Positions 11,601 to 20,686 of a stretch of 51,578 bases of DNA are shown piece by piece. Position numbers and translations under genes: made by a program. The stretch is from positions 1-51,578 of the IMG/VR virus record IMGVR_UViG_3300031519_000029. The stretch is one strand, 5' to 3'. The notes beneath the pieces are model-generated. The model saw only the letters and a list, made by a program, of their open reading frames with translations, was not told the DNA's origin and made no database searches. Positions within the stretch are counted from its first letter, which is position 1. Each line of letters begins with the position of its first letter. The stretch is from a virus. Lineage: Duplodnaviria; Caudoviricetes.

Positions 11601-12473
11601 ATCGCTATTAAAGTTCCAAATGGCATCAAGTTCTGGGGATACGTTGGCAATCACCGGTTTTTGGAAATTAGAGGAGCGGGTATATTTGTCAATATTATTT
11701 CGTTTATTGTTGTCAAACTGACCATCCGTTCCCAAGGTAATTTCATAGATCCTTGTGCCACCATTAATACGGGACGGTCTTTCCGGGTTTCTTCCTTGCA
11801 TCATAAGAAACATAGAAGTCCCAGCTTGGTTGCTAGCGGTGGACCTTCTGAATTGTATTCCGTGGGGGTTGTTGTCTGCTTGGGGAAGAAGACCGCCACT
11901 AAACGCTTCAAGATCAAACTCTACAAAAGATACATTTGAAGACCTAACATCGTTGGGGTCTGCAGGGTTTAGTGGAAGCATTCCATTAAGCCCACCGTCC
12001 AATTGCCATCTTTTGTTTGCGTCCAAGGGATCTGGCATAATATCTACTTGGATTAAACGAGCCTTACCTGATGCAGCATACGTTGTGGTTTTGTCCAACC
12101 CACCTTGAGCTTGGCTAGTGTTGGGATAAGACACCCAAAATCTTCTACCAATATCGTTACCACTAGCCACAAATTCAAATGTTGCGGCTTGACCCCACCC
12201 TGGAGGCTGAAAACCCATACTTGGTGTGCCGTCTTGTGCCGGCCCATATTGAGAGGAGCCATAGTTATATCTAACGTCAATCGTGTCTGAATAATTCTTG
12301 ACATTACTTAAATTTATGCCGGACGTACCCCAATCCAATGGGGCTTCGTTCATAAAAGGTTCATCGCTATCGGCAGTAGGGGTGTTGGTTTGCGGAGTTA
12401 ATAAACCTGTCCCACGAAAAAGATCCCGTGGTGTCTTACTAGACAAGATAGTTTTTTTAGAAGCTCTGCTCAT
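8679..12473 (-). CDS. Large beta-propeller-repeat protein, putative receptor-binding/tail appendage
   Basis: 1264 aa with recurring (F/I)xxDGT...Y.(L)xTP(W/Y)D(I/L/V) blades (TPYDV, KPWEF, SGWDV, TPYDI, TPWDL, TPWEI). Confidence 0.65.
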   Translation of the reverse strand: MSRASKKTILSSKTPRDLFRGTGLLTPQTNTPTADSDEPFMNEAPLDWGTSGINLSNVKNYSDTIDVRYNYGSSQYGPAQDGTPSMGFQPPGWGQAATFEFVASGNDIGRRFWVSYPNTSQAQGGLDKTTTYAASGKARLIQVDIMPDPLDANKRWQLDGGLNGMLPLNPADPNDVRSSNVSFVEFDLEAFSGGLLPQADNNPHGIQFRRSTASNQAGTSMFLMMQGRNPERPSRINGGTRIYEITLGTDGQFDNNKRNNIDKYTRSSNFQKPVIANVSPELDAIWNFNSDPICSWAFQENGTHVILCGTDITGTMLRQQLGGGQAWNFSSAGGADVWGTTQYRENIFSGLSGGVNFTWDPNVDLDGTEIYSMWWSGGYGIDDIGGGVVTPGEYDGIHLYVLTDFGKLYQFSASTPYDVDTITPQYMTQYPAFNDNSNFDTSNLAGGKFFFAYENRTTNTSVPGDGSIYFYGPMDKIDISGNPQRQHTGNYITRYSVTETAQDGLVVNVPTYAVPDNTVQYADISWNLEDKSSYTLNSSTYEDIVDITIAPENEKKFYVYCPNPYLGGMIFKYDVLDSLKKNPLMGGTINWEDTLPIQALCSPGDRSQAGFELSEIRSLNVKPDGTTFIVGARKPSSPNEIYLKQFTPKDSQFNSKPWEFKFVPSVFPLNNASPAFTATSPVELFNGGGPQGGGNCTVIRISPDGTLVSNNNLTSTGTAVFGVLGTTEMTSGWDVTSLVTNNGSTSKALPGDNVDLLFHNGASMSQFGKIKTFYFNKDGTTLIVGTQANGTTLPGTSHLEYALATPYDIRTATFTTSFSQRSVASLEYYDVLNSRSTLNYPWLSEPTVCFLSHDRNYVYSVNTPYTFSAGSTARKRNVMTSIQSSSLSTYYTGVRTILGNTTYSSFGLNSADSSGFYDKDGLHQISTHSAIKWASNGLYAYSHDKEYIYRYKTDTPWDLSDLRRDQTLSKDGQDIFGSVFDYTSDKLITELLPSKSMGIDISRDGRSIYFESWYTRAADGNGQANVFIRFAKLKLVSEYSLTSVFAHSAKTVDALSGGSGFDWINSYANSPYGINGLQVSDDEKDFFMLNTIGKKISSITTLSHTDPLYQPSIRKYHTDTAGDISSFTMTEQPLWSQTSGSNNQGVGQGLVTSFHFTPGGHYLILQQDALGALITYQCPTPWEIPTAVNYLGTATYGNPGGYGAIEVDPTGTKYFLSHSNTTVGVVKNSGSGSTTLALFPDGGVMGGAITLFKADVGYNFSGGE

Positions 12474-13684
12474 TAGGACATCCTTAAACCAGATACAAAG
12501 GCATACCAGTTAATTCCACCGTCTCGTGTATATAGAGAAATAATGTCTATTGCATTTGCAGCCGTGGACAAAATGGGAGCAGTTCCTTCAGCCCAATTTA
12601 TACTGGCCGGGAATGTGACCGTGTAATTAGACGGCACTGAATCCTGCTGAATTTCTAACACCATACTATACGCTGTATCCAACGCGGGGATGTTATCAAA
12701 CGTTATTGAAGTGTTTTGAGTAAGAGTTGTACTGAAATTGTTTGAGGCAGCACAATCTAATTGTGTACTGTTAGTGGCTCCATGCGACACCGATAAATAT
12801 GTTTCTTGATACGAAGCCGCTTTTATTACCCCTGTAAGATTCACGGTTCCAGTTGCAGATTGAGTAACAACTTTTTCGTTTTCTGAAGTGCCAAGGGTTG
12901 TGATTGCATTGTAGTCTAATTGAGCCGCCGTAGCATTGACACCCAGAGATAGTATGGTGTCTGCTGGAGACTTGGAAGTCCAAGCAGTCCCGTTTGCAAC
13001 AATGAAATAGTTTAAAGTTTTTGCTAACCCCGAAATCTCCGTAAGAGTTGAATTGAACGCTTGTACGTTTGTACCGATCTCTAAGCCTAGATTCTGCCGT
13101 GCTAAAGCCGCTGTACCTGCTCCAGTTCCGCCATCTGCAACGGCTAAGTCCGTAATACCTGTAATGGTTCCGCCTGTTATGTTAGCTGACCCAGACGTTA
13201 CATCCCCCGTAAAAGATCCAGAACTAAACAAAACGGCACTAGACTCCAGACCCGCTAGTACATCTACTATACCAGGGCCTTTGGCCGCAATAATCTTAGA
13301 TTTCAATGAGCTTATGGTTACGTTGCCCCCAGTATTCTGCGTCACTGTCATAGTATTGGCAGTGTTGTTATGAATCATGTAGACCTTTTCTTGGTCGTAA
13401 TTCTGTCCCACTTCGTTGGACTTTATAACAATAGAGAAATCCGTACCTGGGGTGCCGCTAAACCGAATAGCCTTATAATTTCCGTTCTGGTCTAGATCGC
13501 TGCTTTGTGTCATGTTGTTAGTAATAAGATCAAAAGTTGATCCGGCCCCTAACGTTATTTCTTTATATCCATGGGTTGCCCGATCTACAGCCTGCATGTT
13601 TAAATTGGTTACAGTCCCCCATGTCCCTGATTCTTCTCCCGTACCTATAAGAGCTAAACCATTTATATTTGAATACGTTGTCAT
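12473..13684 (-). CDS. Tail fibre protein
   Basis: TGEESGTWG N-terminus, LAVADGGTGA...ARQNLGL fibre repeat, C-terminal WAEGTAP.LST...DIISLYT.DGG.NW domain. Confidence 0.75.
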   Translation of the reverse strand: MTTYSNINGLALIGTGEESGTWGTVTNLNMQAVDRATHGYKEITLGAGSTFDLITNNMTQSSDLDQNGNYKAIRFSGTPGTDFSIVIKSNEVGQNYDQEKVYMIHNNTANTMTVTQNTGGNVTISSLKSKIIAAKGPGIVDVLAGLESSAVLFSSGSFTGDVTSGSANITGGTITGITDLAVADGGTGAGTAALARQNLGLEIGTNVQAFNSTLTEISGLAKTLNYFIVANGTAWTSKSPADTILSLGVNATAAQLDYNAITTLGTSENEKVVTQSATGTVNLTGVIKAASYQETYLSVSHGATNSTQLDCAASNNFSTTLTQNTSITFDNIPALDTAYSMVLEIQQDSVPSNYTVTFPASINWAEGTAPILSTAANAIDIISLYTRDGGINWYAFVSGLRMS

Positions 13685-13693
13685 TTTTCTATC

Positions 13694-14293
13694 CTATACA
13701 ATAGTCTTGCTCCAAGAAACGCTCGTACTTGGAACGGTTTCAGTATAGCCGGCATCCGGGTTTGGAGCAACTGCGATATACTTATTGGGAGTAGACGGGG
13801 TTTTAGGGGTAAAAATTACGTCTGGATTAGGGACAATCTCAACAAAGCCCTGACCAGATATAACTCTTCGATTACTCCACACTAAAACTTGGCCGATTGA
13901 GCCGCGTAAAGCGGGAGGACTTTTCACAGATATTCTAGGTTTTGCCTCTCCGATTTCTCCCACTAAAGCGGGAGGAGTAGGTGCAAAGTACAAGAATTTA
14001 ATCACACTGTCATCAGATATTCTTCCCACTAAGGCGGGAGGAGTAGGTGCAAAGTACAAGAACTTGAACCCTACATCTCCAATGGAACCAGTGGCAGATA
14101 CACCCGTGACAATAACCTCATTTACAGCCACGTTTCCAATGGAACCAGTGGCAGATACACCCGTGACAATAACCTCATTTACAAAGGCATCTCCGATAGC
14201 CCCTGTGGCGGACACTCCGTCAACAAATACTTCCACATCCACTCGTGATTGGGCGGCTAAGGGGGAAGAAGCTAAAGGACCAGACGCCAGCAT
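13694..14293 (-). CDS. Virion-module protein with internal tandem repeats
   Basis: 199 aa; VTGVSATGSIG and KFLYFAPTPPALVG repeats. Confidence 0.65.
   Translation of the reverse strand: MLASGPLASSPLAAQSRVDVEVFVDGVSATGAIGDAFVNEVIVTGVSATGSIGNVAVNEVIVTGVSATGSIGDVGFKFLYFAPTPPALVGRISDDSVIKFLYFAPTPPALVGEIGEAKPRISVKSPPALRGSIGQVLVWSNRRVISGQGFVEIVPNPDVIFTPKTPSTPNKYIAVAPNPDAGYTETVPSTSVSWSKTIV
13900..14220 (-). repeat. Coding tandem duplications with 57-bp and 66-bp periods
   Basis: ccaatggaaccagtggcagatacacccgtgacaataacctcatttaca at 14079 and 14136; tcccactaa.gcgggaggagtaggtgcaaagtacaagaa at 13958 and 14024. Confidence 0.9.
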
Positions 14294-14310
14294 ATAAGTT
14301 GTTCCTAACT

Positions 14311-15327
14311 TTAATAAATAGTTGTGTTGCCTTGGTCCGATGCTTCGTCAGTAAGTGAAGATGGGAAGTCTCTACCAGCTCCCCACATAATTCTTACGGC
14401 CCCCGCAGAGCCATTGCCGCCTGTACTAGGTGAATCGTCTTCGGCGCCAGAACCACCGCCGCCATATTGTCCCGCTGCCCTCGTAGTAGTAGGTGTTGCC
14501 AGACCTCCATCATAGCCGCGGGTAGTAGTTTGGTTACCGGTGTTGTTGTTCGTCGCCGCCGCGCCACTTGACACCTCGCCAAACAAACGAGTTCCGCCGC
14601 CACCACTAGTTACAAAGCTTGTAAAAGAGTTGATCCCGCCACCGCCACCGCCACCGCCACCGGATCCGGCTATGGGGGTGTTGGATGCGCCACCGCCAGA
14701 GCCGCCGTTTCCGGAGTAACCCGCCGCGCCACCGCCGCCGGCGCCGGCATTGTTGGATGCGCCACCACGGGAACCGCCACCAGTTCCACCGCCACCGCCC
14801 AAGCTAACTGATGAATTTCCGCCGCCAGAAGTCACGATAGAAGTACTAACCACGTTGTAAGACCCCGCCCCACCCCCTGTTGCTCTAGCTCTATCGACAC
14901 CACCGTCTATAACGGCACTAGCGCCTCCGGCGGTTGCCGGAGTAGTGTTCTGATAAGTCCCTCTTGTTCCCGCCGCGCCTACAAGGACCGTTAAAGTTTG
15001 TCCAGGTGTAACACTCACACTGTTTACCCAATGAAGTCCACCGCCTCCGCCTCCGCCTCCGGAGACACCACTAGAAGACGTTGTTGAAGCACTTCCGCCG
15101 CCGCCGCCAGCGACACACACAATAGATACAGACGTTATGCCTGTGGGTACGGTCCAAACTGTTGTCCCTGTTGTTTCAAATACAGCGGAGCCTACAGGAG
15201 GTGGTTCGGGAACGCTCTGTAAAAAGTATTCGGCCTCCGGTCCCCATGCGCCGGAATCAATGCTAGTTGATGAATACGAATTGGCTGGGCCTATTATCCC
15301 CCCATTTTGTCTCCACCGAGAAACCAT
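14311..15327 (-). CDS. Glycine-rich domain tail-fibre-tip protein
   Basis: WTVPTGITSVSIVCVAGGGGG ... GGNGSAGAVRIMW; typical phage glycine-rich domain. Confidence 0.75.
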   Translation of the reverse strand: MVSRWRQNGGIIGPANSYSSTSIDSGAWGPEAEYFLQSVPEPPPVGSAVFETTGTTVWTVPTGITSVSIVCVAGGGGGSASTTSSSGVSGGGGGGGGLHWVNSVSVTPGQTLTVLVGAAGTRGTYQNTTPATAGGASAVIDGGVDRARATGGGAGSYNVVSTSIVTSGGGNSSVSLGGGGGTGGGSRGGASNNAGAGGGGAAGYSGNGGSGGGASNTPIAGSGGGGGGGGGINSFTSFVTSGGGGTRLFGEVSSGAAATNNNTGNQTTTRGYDGGLATPTTTRAAGQYGGGGSGAEDDSPSTGGNGSAGAVRIMWGAGRDFPSSLTDEASDQGNTTIY

Positions 15328-15686
15328 TACGCTAGCTCTTCGTAAGATATCGCTATATTTAAATCCAAATTAGCGGAGGCACTACCATAAAGAATCTCAC
15401 TTTCTTCTAGATAGAAAGAACTGCTTTTGTCTATAAGAACTAGTGTGGTTGAGACAGGGATGTTTAAATCGTATGCCAAAAAAGCTTGATTGTTGGGTGT
15501 GGTTATTCCCATCCTAACGGTAGCATCGTTAGTACCATCTACATTTGTTATTATTATAGCGTTAATTTTAATTAACTTATTACTATTGGCCGGATTTGTT
15601 ATCATGTTTACCGTGCTCGTAGTACCGTTGTAGGCAATGGTCTTCCCTGTAATGGATGTAAGATTTAATAGATTGGGTGCAGTCAT
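15327..15686 (-). CDS. Conserved fibre-associated hypothetical protein
   Basis: 119 aa MTAPNLLN...ITNVDGTN...ISYEEL; translationally coupled to the next gene. Confidence 0.65.
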   Translation of the reverse strand: MTAPNLLNLTSITGKTIAYNGTTSTVNMITNPANSNKLIKINAIIITNVDGTNDATVRMGITTPNNQAFLAYDLNIPVSTTLVLIDKSSSFYLEESEILYGSASANLDLNIAISYEELA

Positions 15687-15689
15687 TTT

Positions 15690-18431
15690 CTATCCTCCAA
15701 ATAGCACGGCCATGCCGTAGGCTACACTATTAGTAGTTAAAGTTCCATCTTTATCAGGCAACGCAAGGGTCCGGTTAGCCGTTGGCGAAATTAAACTATC
15801 TAGTTCTGTTTGGTATGGATCCTGACGAAAAATAAGTTTGGTGGTGTCCCCAATTTTAACCTCGGTGTTGTCACCAACAGAGTCACTTGGACGAACCTCT
15901 AACGCATATTTATTTTGATAAGTGCTGGCCCCAGTTTGATACTGAGCTATAAGAGCCATATGGCCGTTATTTATAATTGCTGAAAGTCTTTCTGCTCCAA
16001 GCCAATAAACATACCACGACATTCCGCCTGCTGAAAGAGGAGATATAGACGTTGCACTCTTAAACGACATCCTAGCCGTTTGAATTTCTCCCACCAGATT
16101 CCCGCTAAAATCATGCTCGTTGGAAAAAAACTTAAAGTCTGTAATGTTAGTGCTAGTGGATTGATTAGTTTGAAGATGCTTAAATATCATTTGATTTTCG
16201 GTGCTAGCATCAGCATCCGAATAACTATACGTTATAGTCTGGTTGGTGTCATATATTGAAAGATCTCCGGCAGTGGCGGTGCGACCTGTCATGCCATTTA
16301 ACAAATTTATTTCTGAGGCATCAGAAGTAACCGAAGTTAAATTTGTTGAAGCTATGCTTATATTGGCCGTGCCATCAAACGAAACACCAGCGATATTCCT
16401 AGCCGTCTGTAAAGCAGTGGCCGTGGCTGCATTGCCTGTAGTAGAACCCGAAGTGGTGGCCGTGGTGGCCGTGGCTGCATTGCCTGTAGTGTTTTGATTT
16501 CCCGCGCTATTAACCCCAGGCAAATCTATGTCAGCCGAGCCATCAAACGAAACACCACCAATAGTTCTAGCCGTGGCTAAAGCAGTGGCCGTGGCTGCAT
16601 TGCCTGTAGTAGAACCCGAAGTGGTGGCCGTAGTAGCCGTGGCTGCATTGCCTGTAGTGTTTTGATTTCCCGCGGAATTAACCCCAGGCAAATCTATGTC
16701 AGCCGAGCCATTAAACGAAACACCACCAATATCCCTAGCCGTGGCTAAAACAGTAGCCGTGGCTGCATTGCCTGTAGTGGAACCCGAAGTGGTGGCCGTA
16801 GTAGCCGTGGCCGCATTGCCAGAAGTGTTTTGATTTCCCGCGGCATTAACCCCAGGCAAATCTATGTCAGCCGAGCCATCAAACGAAACACCACCAATAG
16901 TTCTAGCCGTCTGTAAAGCATCGGCCGTAGATGCATTGCCCTCAAATGTATCTGCCACTAACGTTCCAGAGACATACGAAGCATCTGTAATATCTATAGG
17001 AGCTACAGGATCCGGAGAGTACCGAGAAACAAACCTCCACTTACTGGTCGAAACATCAAAGAACACCCCTAGGTTGGTGTATCCAATGCCTGTGGAACCA
17101 GTGTTTCGGTTACTGAAAATACCCGTGTCCACTTCAATAGGGGTCGCTGTCCCCGTCCATTTGTCTCCTGAAGTGTGGCCTGTTACGGCTGAAAACTTAA
17201 TGTTTATTCCATCAACTAAAGCTTGGTCGCTGCCTGTAATAGCTACTCCCGTAGCCACTGTTGGGCTGAAGCTTGGAGAATGCGACCATTCAAATGTATC
17301 TACTGCGCCTACTGAATCTATCCTAAGATAGTAACCCAAGTTAGATGTCGTTCCTTTATAATGCCCAGAGTAAAAAGCATCATCCAACCCCGTTCCCACA
17401 AATACAGTGTTGGCCTCTCCTATGGTGTCTCCAGCATTTAAGTTTTGTATCGATCCACCGATGTTAACGTTGGCTGTAGACCCCGTTGTATATTGCCCTA
17501 ATACAGTTAGATCCCCATCTACTTGAAGATTGCTTCCAATATGGGCTGACGTTTGAACACGGAAAGATCTAACAGAATGGTTTTGTTGGTTGACTAAAAG
17601 TACGCCATCCGTTGCATCAGAATTTACAACCCAACCAAGGCACATAGGAAAGTTAGGATATAAAGGAGAATCGTTTTGTACGGCCCCTGGAGTTAGACCC
17701 ACGAAAAAGTTTGTTCCAGCATTCAGACTTGAGGTGTCAACGCTATGTAATTGCCCCGCAACTATGCAATACCCATAACTATTGATTGCTATGTCATGTG
17801 CAGAAAGTCCTTGTGCGTTGTACGCAGTCGAACTAGTAGCATCCGCTAGCGCAACCGTAGGTACGTCGATAGTTCCCGCAGTATAATTTCCGCTAAAGTA
17901 TATCGGCACACCTTTGAATATAATTGAACCAGTGTTGTTATAAACTCTTTGGTGCTCTTCTATCCCTATTTCGTGTGTGACACCTTCAATGTCACTGTAA
18001 TATGCAAAAGTGTTAGAGAAAGTGTCAAACCATAACCTACCTTCTTGGTAAGTAGGGGAGTTAATAGACGTAAAATCTAAATGTTCTTGAAAGGATACAC
18101 TGCCAGTAAAAGTTCCCCCGTCTGACGTAACCACGTCCCCCGCCGCCAATGTAATCATAACCACTGCCGTAGCCGTGGCATTTATTCGAGCATTTGCACT
18201 AGTGCTTTCAATCACTGTTCTAGTCATGGAATTAGTAGAACTAGTATATGTACCAGAACCAATTTCAAAATTACTCTGGTCTTCAATCAAGTATCTTACA
18301 ACCTGTTGATCCGTAACCCCAGAAGCCGTGACTGATTGATACCCTGGAAAAGGTGTACCTAACGACATAGAAGCCGCAGTACCCGGCGCGGATGCTACTG
18401 CGGTTTTTACTCTATTAGATAGAACGGGCAT
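15690..18431 (-). CDS. Long tail fibre protein
   Basis: 913 aa; NRVK...FEIGSGTY anchor, NAATATALQTARTIGGVSFDG shaft repeats, C-terminal TANRTLALPDKDGT. Confidence 0.8.
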   Translation of the reverse strand: MPVLSNRVKTAVASAPGTAASMSLGTPFPGYQSVTASGVTDQQVVRYLIEDQSNFEIGSGTYTSSTNSMTRTVIESTSANARINATATAVVMITLAAGDVVTSDGGTFTGSVSFQEHLDFTSINSPTYQEGRLWFDTFSNTFAYYSDIEGVTHEIGIEEHQRVYNNTGSIIFKGVPIYFSGNYTAGTIDVPTVALADATSSTAYNAQGLSAHDIAINSYGYCIVAGQLHSVDTSSLNAGTNFFVGLTPGAVQNDSPLYPNFPMCLGWVVNSDATDGVLLVNQQNHSVRSFRVQTSAHIGSNLQVDGDLTVLGQYTTGSTANVNIGGSIQNLNAGDTIGEANTVFVGTGLDDAFYSGHYKGTTSNLGYYLRIDSVGAVDTFEWSHSPSFSPTVATGVAITGSDQALVDGINIKFSAVTGHTSGDKWTGTATPIEVDTGIFSNRNTGSTGIGYTNLGVFFDVSTSKWRFVSRYSPDPVAPIDITDASYVSGTLVADTFEGNASTADALQTARTIGGVSFDGSADIDLPGVNAAGNQNTSGNAATATTATTSGSTTGNAATATVLATARDIGGVSFNGSADIDLPGVNSAGNQNTTGNAATATTATTSGSTTGNAATATALATARTIGGVSFDGSADIDLPGVNSAGNQNTTGNAATATTATTSGSTTGNAATATALQTARNIAGVSFDGTANISIASTNLTSVTSDASEINLLNGMTGRTATAGDLSIYDTNQTITYSYSDADASTENQMIFKHLQTNQSTSTNITDFKFFSNEHDFSGNLVGEIQTARMSFKSATSISPLSAGGMSWYVYWLGAERLSAIINNGHMALIAQYQTGASTYQNKYALEVRPSDSVGDNTEVKIGDTTKLIFRQDPYQTELDSLISPTANRTLALPDKDGTLTTNSVAYGMAVLFGG
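16371..16939 (-). repeat. 168-bp (56-aa) tandem repeat, about 3.4 copies
   Basis: gccat(c/t)aaacgaaacacca recurs at 16371, 16539, 16707 and 16875. Confidence 0.95.
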
Positions 18432-18443
18432 GTTAACCCCCTA

Positions 18444-18926
18444 TTACGCTATTCTAATTAGGGCGTTAGTCGCATCTCTGTTGGGAAACACAATTTGAAA
18501 GGTGCCGCTTGATGAGGTTTTATCTCCACCAAACGCCAAGATGCAAACCATGGGATTAGTTAGAGAAATGCTGGTGGTGTCTGGGGAAGAATTGTAAATA
18601 AATGCTCCAAAAGACGTGAAGGTGCTTGAGGTCCATTCGGCATCATTAAAGTCTGTGATGGCGGTGTTAGCGTCCAAAGTAGGAGAGATATTAACTAGAG
18701 GCTCTCCAAGTTGTGTATAACCCCCCGCAGTAGGTAACTCGGCGCTGGCATTAGTAACTTCCGCGTAGTTCGTTGTGACCTGATTAAACGTTCCTGTTGC
18801 CGACTGCTCAGCCTCGAATAAACCAATCTTAAACACGTGAGAGCTACCCGCGGCAAAGTCGTGGGCGCCAAACAACAGTTCTTTTTTAAACGTGTTACAC
18901 ATTTGTGTCGTTAGATTTAGTGCCAT
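18444..18926 (-). CDS. Conserved virion structural protein
   Basis: 160 aa, MCNTFKKELL.G.HDF...FGGDKTSSSGTFQIVFP...ALIRIA; familiar from marine phage tail modules. Confidence 0.65.
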   Translation of the reverse strand: MALNLTTQMCNTFKKELLFGAHDFAAGSSHVFKIGLFEAEQSATGTFNQVTTNYAEVTNASAELPTAGGYTQLGEPLVNISPTLDANTAITDFNDAEWTSSTFTSFGAFIYNSSPDTTSISLTNPMVCILAFGGDKTSSSGTFQIVFPNRDATNALIRIA

Positions 18927-19199
18927 TTAAAGTCTCCTTATAAGCTCTGCCAACTTAGGGTGGCCTGCCTCTATTATTGCATTATACACAGTTATTCGGT
19001 CATTGCGAACCGATCTTTTCATAAACGTTGTCATAACTGAAACAAGCTTACTTCTAAACTCGTGTGCTTGGTCGCGTATTTCTGGGGCCGCATCGTCCGA
19101 AATGTACACTAGTTTATCCGCGCACTGCTCCGCCAGTTCCTCAGGCGTTAGACCTCGGTTGTCAGTCGTTATTACTTTAAAGTCTGGTGCTTGAATCAT
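18927..19199 (-). CDS. Hypothetical protein
   Basis: 90 aa, coupled to both neighbours. Confidence 0.65.
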   Translation of the reverse strand: MIQAPDFKVITTDNRGLTPEELAEQCADKLVYISDDAAPEIRDQAHEFRSKLVSVMTTFMKRSVRNDRITVYNAIIEAGHPKLAELIRRL

Positions 19200-20188
19200 T
19201 GTCTTCCTCTGATTAATTGACCCATTCGATATTCATCCGTTGTCTGTTTAGCCTCACCAAGTTGTTTAATACCTTGTAAAGACTCCTGATACCTAGATGT
19301 ATACATCTGCATCACATCCTGTTCAGATTTCATAAAGACTCCTGCCTCTATTAATGACGCATATAACATGGACATCGGAGCATTCTGACTCAACCATGTG
19401 TATGAGGTGTCAGTACCCGCGGTCAAACTAGCTGGTCTGTAAAAGTAGGTTAATTGCACCTTAATGTTATTGTTGGGCGGAGGAGACAGAATAAAATTAT
19501 TGTTGTCAAACTGAGCGTAATAACGTGGTATACCTAACGTGGTTACATCCTGTGTGTACGAGCGTAAAAAACTTATGTCCTTAAAGTCTAAGTATTCTGT
19601 TTGGGTGCCCAGAGGCCGATAATATATTGAATAGGTTTCCGAGTTGGCAACCAAGTATGGTAAAAAAACATTTTCAATATACGTGACTATTACGTCTGTA
19701 AGAGTCGCATCACGGGCCAATCCAGCCCATTTCCATTTGATATATTTTTCTATTAGAAGTGAATCTAAGGCGGTTACCGTTCCACTATTGTCAATATCCC
19801 CTAAAGAACGGCCGGCCGCAGCCTCCGCAGTTACGAATTGAGCAGCATACGGAGGAAGATTAGCTGCCGCGAGTTCTATGCCAGCCGATAAATTATATTT
19901 GTTATAGGGTAGCCCAGTACTTGGGTTTAGAATAGATCCATTTGGAAAAGGATTCGCCCCAAAACTGAGCGAAAAGGGAGAAAGAAAGTCTGCAGGGACA
20001 TTTAAGTATGGGTTTCCAGAGATAAGATTCGCGTCTTGAGTCTTTGAAAATAAATTTAATTGGACGCCTTTTAAAATCCTTTCCTCTGCTATTCGGATAA
20101 ACAGGGGAATATTTTGTGTGAAGGTTATCTCATCGTTATCAGTGTACTGCTGTATAGCCGTTTTTAACTCAATGTATGAAAATGACAT
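19196..20188 (-). CDS. Head-tail adaptor/tail tubular A-like protein with inserted segment
   Basis: ELKTAIQQY...FIRIAEERI, G.PRYYA and TWLS.NAP..LYASL.EA motifs; extra segment at about aa 77-194. Confidence 0.65.
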   Translation of the reverse strand: MSFSYIELKTAIQQYTDNDEITFTQNIPLFIRIAEERILKGVQLNLFSKTQDANLISGNPYLNVPADFLSPFSLSFGANPFPNGSILNPSTGLPYNKYNLSAGIELAAANLPPYAAQFVTAEAAAGRSLGDIDNSGTVTALDSLLIEKYIKWKWAGLARDATLTDVIVTYIENVFLPYLVANSETYSIYYRPLGTQTEYLDFKDISFLRSYTQDVTTLGIPRYYAQFDNNNFILSPPPNNNIKVQLTYFYRPASLTAGTDTSYTWLSQNAPMSMLYASLIEAGVFMKSEQDVMQMYTSRYQESLQGIKQLGEAKQTTDEYRMGQLIRGRQ

Positions 20189-20686
20189 CTATGCCTCCAC
20201 CGTAACTGGACCCGCAGAAACAAAATCTCCGCCTCCTCTAACACCTTCAGTTGTCGCTGTCTCTGTAACTGTAAAAGTGTAACTAGACGAATCAACTTTA
20301 GTTATCGTATACCCAATAGACCTAGAAATTACATCCGTAGAAAACCCGTTGAACGGGGCAACGTTTCTAAAACGAACTGTAGATCCGGTCAAACGACTAT
20401 GTCCTGGTTCTATGACTGTTAAAACGGAACTTCCTGCATTACCAGAAATGAATGGATTATACCTTAAAATAACTTCCACCGCAGGTTCAACTCTATCCGG
20501 ACGTGCGTTTTGTATGGCCTGAGGATCTGGACTTATTCTAGGAGGAAAAAGCTGGGGGTGCTTGACTTCAAACTCGTCAGGACCGACTAAAGATCCGGTC
20601 CATTCTTTCTGCATTGTACGCAAGCGGTAACGTCTACCTGACCTGTCAGATATTCCCCACGCTTTATTTCCGCTAGCAAAGGCCAT
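20189..20686 (-). CDS. Conserved virion-module protein with beta-rich C-terminal domain
   Basis: Likely start MAFASGNKAWGISDRSG at 20686, overlapping the upstream stop. Confidence 0.65.
   Translation of the reverse strand: MAFASGNKAWGISDRSGRRYRLRTMQKEWTGSLVGPDEFEVKHPQLFPPRISPDPQAIQNARPDRVEPAVEVILRYNPFISGNAGSSVLTVIEPGHSRLTGSTVRFRNVAPFNGFSTDVISRSIGYTITKVDSSSYTFTVTETATTEGVRGGGDFVSAGPVTVEA

Noticed and set aside
13694-18431. Diversity-generating retroelement
   Set aside because: Repeats are tandem and in-frame, without adenine-specific TR/VR differences; no reverse transcriptase in the window.
19607-19960. Intein or intron in the adaptor
   Set aside because: No Cys/Ser start with His-Asn end and no reading-frame interruption.
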